A DNA stretch of 64,000 nucleotides from Callorhinchus milii (lineage: Eukaryota): NCBI RefSeq assembly GCF_018977255.1, contig NW_024704742.1, positions 133,054,001 to 133,118,000 on the forward strand. Direction: 5' to 3'. The notes below the pieces were generated by a model. That model was given only the letters and a program-made list of their open reading frames with translations, made no database searches and was not told where the DNA came from. The position numbers were made by a program, and so were the translations under genes. This document shows, one piece after another, positions 25,997-34,720 of the stretch. How positions within the stretch are numbered: position 1 is the stretch's first letter; every line of letters starts with the position of its first letter.

Positions 25997-26520
25997 TGCA
26001 AGATGTTTGGGTTTTATAAGCAACCCTCACTGGGTGAAGTAAAGATGCATACAAATCTTGGGCACAAATTGTCGAACTTTATTCATTCAGATTAGTAAGG
26101 TCATATGATTGGTAGTCAAAGAATACAACAGAATAATGTTTACATATCTATCAAATAAATAAATATATCAGTATATTCTGTAAAGCGATTTGAGACGTCT
26201 AGAAGACGTAAAAAGCGCTATATCAAATGCAAGGATTATTATTATATCCCATGTACAGTTGAACAACAATTAAGGTTGGCGAAACCAAAAGTTGTGGAAG
26301 AGATGGAGGAGTAATTGTCTGTTCGATCACCAAAAGGTATCCAGGTACTGCCGTGCTGCTAATAGCTGGTGAGCGTCGATAAAGATGTTGAAAGTTGGCG
26401 AAGTCTTAAATTTCAATCTTCTTTCTTTAGAGCTGGAATTCGGTTTGCGAACACCCAAGTTTCAACTCTCTGTCTCTTCTACTTTCGTTAAGAATTATCC
26501 TTTGTTGAAACACTCCCTCC
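25997..26520 (-). repeat. 3' LTR of the ERV (U3 end apparently deleted, SINE fragment inserted at about 26168-26245)
   Basis: tgcaagatgtttgggttttata matches tgtaagatgtttggttttata at 30818; 26400-26500 aligns with 30859-30953; AATAAA on the - strand at 26078-26083. Right boundary approximate. Confidence 0.8.
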
Positions 26521-26886
26521 TCAGTCACACCTAGTGAGTGTATTATTATTTGATTTATTCGATTGATTTAGTTCCTATGTTTAAGCAAAATGCATATCTC
26601 ATTTTGCTACAACATAGGAACGTACAATGTAAAGGATATATAAAATAAATCGGAGTATTTACAAGTAATATTGGGATTGTCATTATTATAGCATAATAGC
26701 ATATATAGAATATACCTGTTCACCAGGATATAATGTCATACAGCTAAGATTGGAACGTTTTGTTTACACTCTATAGATTCCTAACCCTTCAAATCTTTGC
26801 AATACTACATTTATCTCAAAGCAAATCTGGCACTATGCCCATCTTAATATCACACAACATATTTCAAATCATTTGTGTAACATATG

Positions 26887-27020
26887 CTTAGGAAGGACAA
26901 GTTTGCAGGGCTTTGGTGAGAGAGCGGGGGAGTGGGTTGAATTGGATAGTTCTTTTCAAAGAGCCAGCACAGACACGATGGGCCGAACAGCCTCCTCTGT
27001 GCTGTAGTATAATTCTATGA
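26887..27020 (+). mobile_element. CR1 3' tail inserted in the ERV env
   Basis: CR1 3' UTR ending ttctatga, flanked by atatg on both sides; its removal restores the env frame AYGSY|VTQMI. Confidence 0.8.
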
Positions 27021-27846
27021 TATGATCCATAGGCATTGCACACTATGGATAAAGCAATTTCATCATTTTCTTTAGCATTATTTCCAATAATTTCATTAAT
27101 CTCATTTGGGTTTTGTTTCAAAAATTCTGCAATACCTTTCATATTAAATAGGGTAAATCATCTTTTGCTGGTTCTTTTATTCCTTCTATCGCTGGATTAA
27201 CTGCTTCCCTTTACTGTACATTTTCGAAAGCATGCAAATGTGGCTTAACAGTATCCAAATCTGATCGATTCCAAATTCAAATCCCAGACCCCAAAATTCC
27301 TGTTGCTGTACCTCCTATCCCTATCCATCAGCTAACATTTGTCTCATAGTAAAACTGTGGGTATCTGTAATTTCCTGATTGATTATAGGGTAATCCACTT
27401 TTTGGTGAAATCGAATCATTCTTTCAATCAATGATGCATCATAGAACATATTATAACCTTTATATTTTGGTTGTTCTTTTACTTCCCATTTGGTCAAATT
27501 CAAAACTACTGGACTGCGGATGCAGTGGATATTATTGATCAATGTACCTTCCTCCTCTTGTCCTAGTCAATCCTGAGGCAGGCCCTTTAAACAGAGGAGG
27601 GCATTATTTTGTTCTTTTATTTTCGTTATGTTCCACTGTACATTCTGTGAATTCTTATTTTCTGCAGCAAGGCTGAACATCCATAATCCCAGTTTGAGTG
27701 ATTCCCATCAATTTAAGATTCATTTCTCCATTTTCTTTTCCCACTAATTCTAATTCCAAATCCCATCCAATTTTCCTTGAATCATAGATTCTTTTGCCAT
27801 CTCAATTGAGTATGTCACATTTTGACACCAAAATTTTTGATTAGTT

Positions 27847-28260
27847 CAACAACAACAACTTGCATTTATATAGCGCCCTTCACGCTGGACAGCGTCTCGG
27901 AGCGCTTAACAGTGCGGAGCCCATTGCCGAGCCAGGGGGAGGGGGAATGTGACCATAGGCGCAGTTGAAGAGGAAGGTGTTCAAGCGCAACCTGAAAATG
28001 GGGAGAGAGGGGGCAAGGCAAAGGATTGAGGGAGAGTTTCACAGCTTCGGGGTGCAGTGACTGAAAGCACAGCTGCCAATGATGGGCGGAGGATCCAGAG
28101 GACAAGGAAGAGGTCAGAGCCAGTCGAGCAGAGGCAGCGGGTAGTAGTGTAGGGAGAGAGCAGGTTGGAGGGATGGGGGACGGGGGTCAGGGCATGAAGG
28201 GATGTAAATAGAAGAGTGAGGATCTTGAAATCGATCTGCTCATTGACAGGGAACCAGTGG
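27847..28260 (-). mobile_element. L2 3' fragment inserted in the ERV env
   Basis: L2 ORF2 end and (TTG)n tail on the - strand. Confidence 0.85.
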
Positions 28261-29317
28261 CATTTTCATCACCTAATGGAATGGTTACTTAATTTGTATA
28301 TATTCAAATGAAGTGTTTCATTCCATTCTTGGATCCTATTATATTTTCAATGCATAATTATTTCCCCATTTTATCCAATTCCTTTTATCTGATGTGGCTG
28401 CAGTTTTTGTCTGCTTTCAGATTTGACTGGTTTTGTTAGGAAAGGGTCACTCTCACATTCACTGGATAAGGTCCCGCTTCCTAAGTTTGAGAAGGATCTA
28501 CCCCTGGTTCTTGTATAAGTATGCGATATATTCCTGAATCTACAAGAGTTACATTAGAAATTTGTAGTGTTAATTTATAATAATAATCTTTGCATTTGAT
28601 ATAGTGCTTTTTATGTCTTCTAGACGTCTCAAAACGCTTCACAGAAATAAACTGTAAAGTGAATTGACTGTATATTTGTCCAATACTGTTTACAGTCGGT
28701 CTTTATAATGCACATCAACAAATGTTCTGCACTTTGAAACGCCAAAAATTAAGGGAACATCCAAATCCGCATTACACGCTGCCACGTTGTCGTTCTAAAA
28801 TAATCATCTTGTGTTATTGGTTCCTTGACAACCTCATTCTCTTTTACCAATCTCCCCACCATTTTCTTTGCGGTCTATGGTATTTTATGGGTATTAGCAG
28901 ATCACTTCCCACTTCCACTAGGATTTCAGGTTCCTCCATGATTGTTTTTATGTTTCGCTTTATATATTTTAAATTGCTTCTCCTTGGTCTATCTAATCCA
29001 CTCTGCCCTTCAGCTGTTCTCTGTCCTTCTCTTATTGTATTTCTCACAATAGCTTCCACTTCTCTGCATTCCCGTTAGATGTGTTATGTGCATTTTACCC
29101 TCCTTCATCCAATGTACTAAAATTAGCACCACTAAGAATATCATCTTGTTCTTCATTTTTCTTGTCTCCGACGCTTTGTTTTCTGTAACATAATCAGGAA
29201 AAGTGAAATGACCCTCCCCTTATTCGAGGTGAAGTCAGGAACCTCCTCCAATTTTAGGATACTTATAACAAATGTGTATGTCGTTGTCCCTTTTTCTTTC
29301 TCAATCTGGGTTGTTGA

Positions 29318-29580
29318 TAATAATATATATTGCATTTGATATAAAGCCTTATCACGTCTTTGAGATGTCGCAAAGCGCTTTATAGAATATACCGTAAAGT
29401 GAATTGACTGTATATTTTGTGGGCGAAACGCGGCAGCCAACAACTGGGTTCCTATTTACTGCTTGGTAATCAAAGGTGTGTGGAGTAAGGAAACTTGTCC
29501 AATGTATCGCCCTGCCTAGGAATCGTACCCAGGTCCTCTCGCTTGCGAGGCGAGTGCTCTAACTAAGCTACCAGACTCCA
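29318..29580 (-). mobile_element. tRNA-Ala SINE located at the large pol deletion of the ERV
   Basis: Head and tail present, middle deleted; flanked by the RT start on one side and the env-proximal region on the other. Confidence 0.85.
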
Positions 29581-29581
29581 T

Positions 29582-29830
29582 TTCTATGGTCAAATGCCAT
29601 GATCCATCTGTTTTTCTAAACAGCCAAACGGAGGAGTTGTTATAGAGGTTGCAACTGTTCTTAAAACGCCCTGTTGTAGTAACAAATCACTTAGTGTCCT
29701 GCACACATGAATCAGCTTCCCAAGGAAAGTAATATTGTTTTTGAGAGTGTGGGGGATCATCACTGGTAATCTTAACTTGCCCTTCTAATTTACCACAGCC
29801 GTGTTTGTGATTTGCAAAAGCAACACTTTG
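29582..29830 (-). pseudogene. Retroviral reverse transcriptase N-terminal remnant
   Basis: FANHKHGCGKL..VKITSDDPPHSQKQYYFPWEA..VQDT / DLLLQQGVLRTVATS / NNSSVWLFRKTDGSWHLTIE with two frameshifts matches the retroviral RT QxQY...LLxQGV...NSPVWPVxKxDGSWRLTID pattern. Confidence 0.88.
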
Positions 29831-29929
29831 AGTGGTCAGTACATTAGCAATGTTAGCATTGTCATGCGTTGACAATTTCTTTAAGTTGTTTCTTTTATTA
29901 CGTAAAGGGCTCCATGATCTGTTATTGTA

Positions 29930-30242
29930 TTCCAAAAATGTGTAACGGGTTTGACACTTTTAACTTGCCATAATAATAATTTATTTGTAAATGTCTTATC
30001 TGAAGTGGAATTGGAAGTGATTCCACCCCATATTGAGAATTGTCTGTAAACCCACCTAATGGCATAACTATCTGAGATGTAAACTACGAGGTTTGTAGCT
30101 CTTTTTCACATACAACAGCTCGAGAGGCACCAGTATCCAGTAAAAATAATTTGTAATGATCTCCTATCGCAACAAATATACATGGTCTCCCGTGACTATC
30201 GATTTCTACAAGGCACATTATTTCTGTGGAGGCCTCTGATTG
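29930..30242 (-). pseudogene. Retroviral aspartic protease remnant
   Basis: Manual translation: EIDSHGRPCIFVAIGDHYKLFLLDTGASRAVV...*FTSQIVMPLGGFTDNSQ...; DTGA codons at 30126-30137; one internal stop. Confidence 0.9.
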
Positions 30243-30245
30243 TCA

Positions 30246-30540
30246 ATCAGAGATATTAGGAACTCCATTAACCTTGCCTCCCCCTTAAATGAGACATATC
30301 GAAGAGGCACTAGGACTCCTCCCTGCCTGACCTTGTATAGCTTTCAGTTCCTCTTGCAGCTTTCCAACTCGAATGAATTTGTCCTATTACGTCTTTTATT
30401 CCCAGACTGGCACTTTTCTCTTTAATTCCATGTTTTTCGAGCTCAGTAAATCTGCTTAAGGTATTCAATCCATGCAGCTTTAGTTTGGTTAGCTTTCACC
30501 ACCTTTTTCTATCTTAATTCTGCAAAAAGCCATCCACACA
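30246..30540 (-). pseudogene. Probable gag remnant, heavily deleted
   Basis: Lies between PBS and protease; fragments CGWLFAELR and ELEKHGIKEK only loosely resemble class III gag motifs. Confidence 0.4.
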
Positions 30541-30797
30541 ACAACAGCAACTTGCATTTATATAGTGCCCTTCACGCGAGTCAGTGTCCCAGAGCACGTC
30601 TCAATCAGAGTGTCACTTTGTTAGTGCCTCCTTAAGAGGAGGGTAACTTTTCCTCCACATTTTCATTGAATTTCATAGACTTTCACGTTTTTAGAATACT
30701 TCTTCTAATCCTGCAACTTGGTCGTTTCAGTTCAGTTGACTACCCCTTTTTTTAATATAGCCAAAGATTTGTACTCATCAAACTTCAACACAATACG

Positions 30798-30815
30798 GTA
30801 CCTGTTTGGATACCA
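30798..30815 (-). promoter_or_regulatory. Degenerate primer-binding site, tRNA-Lys3(UUU)-like
   Basis: TGGTATCCAAACAGGTAC versus the canonical Lys3 PBS TGGCGCCCGAACAGGGAC: 13/18 matches, 4 of the 5 differences are transitions; 2 nt downstream of the LTR end. Confidence 0.6.
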
Positions 30816-30817
30816 AT

Positions 30818-31337
30818 TGTAAGATGTTTGGTTTTATAGACAGTGTTGACAGTCGTCTAAGTCTCAATTCGATCTTCCTTCTTCAGAAGCTGAAATATGG
30901 TTCGTGACTCCAAGGTCCAACTTGCTGTCTCTTCTTTTGTTGAGAATTATCCTTACATTTATATCTTTATATCTTTATATCAATGATACACATTGACTTT
31001 GTAAAGACATCTGGCATTCAAGCTCCACAAAAACATATTTTTAGTCAGATGGTCTCCTCCTGTCCCCAATATCCATAGTTGACAACACTCCCTCACTTTT
31101 ATCAAATCTCTAGCAGTTTGTTTTACACAAGTCTGAGTACCACCGATTTAACGTCCATTGTGTAGTTAACAACAATGTCTTATTAATGATGATGCTGAAA
31201 CTTTGTGTTCGGTAAACATGCTTCCACTGTCCTTGGTCTTCATACACCTCCAGCTTTTCTGAAGCAAACCAATCCATAAGTCTCTACGATTTTCCTTTGG
31301 TCAACTCAAGCAACCCAGAGTTCTGGGATTGCTTACA
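30818..31337 (-). repeat. 5' LTR of the ERV
   Basis: Termini TGTAAG...CTTACA, followed after 2 nt by the PBS; triple TATAAA-like repeat at about 30958-30980 (- strand); shares blocks with 25997-26520. Confidence 0.85.
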
Positions 31338-34300
31338 CTGTAAATGAAATAGACTCATTTAAAAAGCAGATGGGGGAATGGTAGGGTGGGTGTTGTTGAA
31401 GGCTGAGATTTGGATGGGTTGAAGAGCCTTCTTCATCTTGTGATTTTGTGAAATGCTCTTTGACAACACAGTGATTGTGAAACTTGACTTTTGCTTTTGC
31501 TGTTGGAATCTGCGGGCTGTTTCTGTTATTCCATTATTTTTTCCGCGTGATTTGCTGAGAAAGAAGAGTACTAACATCCTATTCTAACACTGTCAAATCA
31601 TGGGCTTGGAAGTTCTGTTTGGCTGGAGGCCTTGCATTGAATGGTAAGTTCTACATATCATTCAGATATTAGCCAGTCGAATTTGCTCACCATTTCATTA
31701 GTTTGTGTGAGCTGTTTACTTAAAAGTCCCATTTCACTACCTTTTCTCCATATCTCTCATCCATATTCATAAGGCAGGATCCACAATAGATTTCAGAGGA
31801 AAGTAAATATTTGAAAAAAGAGTAATTTAACAGGGGTACGTATGTAACAATTACAACAATAACAACTTGCATTTATATAACGCCTTCTTGCAGGGTAGCA
31901 TCCAAGAGCGCTTACATACATGTATGTGTGTGTGTGTTTGTATGTATGTGCATATGCATGTATGTATGTGGGAAAGATTGGACAATGGGACTGAATGAAT
32001 TGATCTTTCAAAGAGCCAAAAGTGGGCTGAATGGCTTTCTTCTGGCTCAGTGGGGTCCTAAGAGATCAGAGGTGGGCAAGCTTGTGGAGGGGTTTGAATT
32101 TGAGCACAAGGGTCTTGTATTCAGTCCTCAGGGGAGGGGGGAGCCAGCAGAGCTTAGTGAGGACAAGAGGGTGGACTCACAGAGTCTTATACAGGAGAGG
32201 GAGATGGGCTGCAGAGTTCTGGGTGAAGCAGAAGTGGAGTAGATCTCAGTAAAACTAACCTGTAACGTTCACAGTTCTCCAAGTATTAAACAAAATAAAA
32301 TATGCATTTGGGTCAGCGCCTACACCTCACCTTCAAAACACATTTCTCCAGCTAATTGCTGTCAAGTGCAGTGATTGTATAATTTGTTAGGCAAACACAG
32401 CAACAACAACTTGCATTTACACAGCACCTTTCACATAGGATAACATGTTGTAGCGCTGCACAGTGGTGGAGTTGGAATCTGATGATGGAGGAGGTTCAGA
32501 GATTAGAGGTGCAGTAGCTGAAGGAAAAGCAAGGAAAAGCTAAATAAATATGTAAATGATAATAACAATTTGGTCACTCAATCCATAACCATTTTTGAGA
32601 CCTTGCTATGTGCAATTGGCTGCCCCCGTTTTACCCACAAAATATACACTTTTCATTACCGTATAGTTCTTTGAGACATCTGAACAACGTGATAAGGCGC
32701 TATATCAAATGCAAGGATTATTATTATTATGTCCCATAATATTCAAGAAATGAATGAATTTATTGTTGCGCACTGTTGGTCAGGACACTGGGGAGAAAGT
32801 CTGTCCTGTTTTTGAATGGTGCCATGTGGGGGAGTGAAACTCCACCCAGGTTTAGATTTGCTCTATTTGGCAAGAGTTTCAGAGCGCTCAGAACCTGGAA
32901 AGAAATGACAGGAAAAAACAGCATTAAAAATTAAGACGTGGATGTAAGAATTTGTCCAATTCTGGATACTCTGAAATCTTAAGAAAATAGAGTAAATCTA
33001 GACTCGAGTGGAATATTTCCCCCGAGTCTTTTAATGTCCACTGAACAAGTAGACAGGATGGCAGCAACAACAACTTACATTTCTATAGTGCCCCTCACGC
33101 AAAGTAGCGTCCCAGAGCGCTTGACAAAGACGGAACATGATATCGAGCCAGGGGAGATGACCGTAGGTATGGTCGAGGAGAAAGGTCTTCAAGCTCGATC
33201 TGAAGATGGGGAAGCAACAACAACAAGATTACATTTCATGTTGATAGGACGTCCCAAGGCGCTGGACAGTGCACAGCATTTCAGACCCAAGCTGGGTTCA
33301 GGGAGGGAGAAGGGAGGGCAGGGGAAGGGGGGTCAATGGCATGGTCGAAGAGGAGGATTTTGAGGTGGGCTTGAAGGATGCTAAGGGGGGGCGAGACGGA
33401 GTGATTGGAGATGGAATTCCAGAGGTTGGCGGCAGAGTGGCTGAAGGCTCTCCCGCCAATGGTGGGGTGGGTGGGTCAGGGAACGTGGAGCAGCCAGAGC
33501 CAGCTGAGTGGAGGGAGCGGGCTAGTTTGCAAGGAGCAAGACAGAGTGATAGAGGAAGAGTGTTCCATAATTTCCGGACCAGAAGGTTGTGGGTTGAAGC
33601 CCCACATTGGGCCTTTCAGTTCATAGTGCTCACTCCATTGCACTGTGCAGCATGTTGGAGGTACCGTCCTTCAGATATGTTAAACCAAGGTCCCGTCTGC
33701 CTGGTCGAGTGGATGTAAAGGTCCCGTGGCGCTATTCAAAAAGAGAAAGGAGTTTCTCCCAGTGTCATGGCACGACCTAGCAAGACAACGACTTGCGTTT
33801 ATATAGCACCCTTCACATGGGGTAGCGTCTCGGAGTGTTTAAGATAATAATAATCCTAATATATAGCGTCTTATCATGTCTTCGAAAAGCCTCAAGGTGC
33901 TTCACAGAATATACTGTAAAGTGCATTGACTGTATATTTTGTGAAACAGGTTAGAAGCCTGGTTGGTGTGTGACCCGTAACAACGAGAGGGAAAGGGGGA
34001 GGGAGGAAAGAAACGAAGCAAAATCCTTAATAAAATAGATTCCATGGGAATGATTTGAAAGCTTTAAAATCATCTCAGGTTCAGATGGTGGTTAGATATC
34101 AAAGCTACCCCAGTATCTGACATCATTTGAACTCAATGAGATTACTGCCTTTTAGTCACTCTTGGGTATCCCTCCATAACAAAGTTTATTGAATTTCCTG
34201 TGGGCAACAATAACTGTGTATTTTTGTAGCATTTGACTTTGGATTTAGGCAGATTATTTTCTCATGTTTTCTTATCGCTGATCTCCTTATATATGCCCGA

Positions 34301-34417
34301 TGTGCCTTATTATGGTACCTAGCCAGCTCAACCTGAGTTCTCGCTGGTCATTTTCATTTTATTTCTGAGGAAGAAGGCAATTGAAAATGCCCAAATGAAT
34401 GCCTGATGACCAGCAGA

Positions 34418-34720
34418 TAATAATAATAATCCTTGCATTATATAGCGCTTTTCACGTCTTCTAGACATCTCAAAGTGCTTCACAGAATATACTGTAAAGT
34501 TAATTGACTGTATGTTTGGGGGGCGAAACATGGCAGCCAATTGCAGCGCAGCACAGCAGTGTCCCACAAACAGTCGTGGATTGAAGTGACCAATTTATTA
34601 TTTTTTTTCTTGAGGGATTATTGTCAGGCGTGTGGAGTAAGGAAACTTGCCCAAGGTTTTGTCTTGCCGGGAATCGAACGCCTGTGAGGCGAGTGCTCTA
34701 ACTACTGAGCCACAGGACTC
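34418..34720 (-). mobile_element. tRNA-Ala SINE
   Basis: Shared family sequence. Confidence 0.88.

Larger units (their letters stand above)
26600..29156 (-). pseudogene. Retroviral env remnant: signal peptide, RPRR site, Ig-like domain(s), fusion-protein core and TM-like tail; interrupted by SINE, L2 and CR1 fragments
   Basis: ATG at 29156 (MKNKMIFLVVLILVHW); LTLQISNVTLVDSGIY at 28526-28573; CPPLFKGPASG, SPVVLNLTKW, GIGGTATGILGSGI, IVCNAYGSY|VTQMI*NMLCDIKMGIVPDLL; hydrophobic stretch near 26600-26700. Confidence 0.78.
25997..31337 (-). mobile_element. Decayed endogenous retrovirus (class III / snakehead-retrovirus-like), antisense in the host intron
   Basis: Two homologous LTR segments, 4-bp TSD CTGT (25993-25996 and 31338-31341), PBS, and protease, RT and env remnants in retroviral order. 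Removing it restores the interrupted L2 tail gtgaagaggctctgt|aaatgaaatag. Confidence 0.9.

Noticed and set aside
26511..26522. GAGGAGGGAG as the polypurine tract marking the 3' LTR start
   Set aside because: The same GAGGGAGTGTT motif lies inside the 5' LTR (about 31085-31095), so it is LTR-internal; the true PPT seems deleted.
29200..29315. Integrase C-terminal remnant
   Set aside because: The position fits, but the translation has no diagnostic motif, so it is not called.
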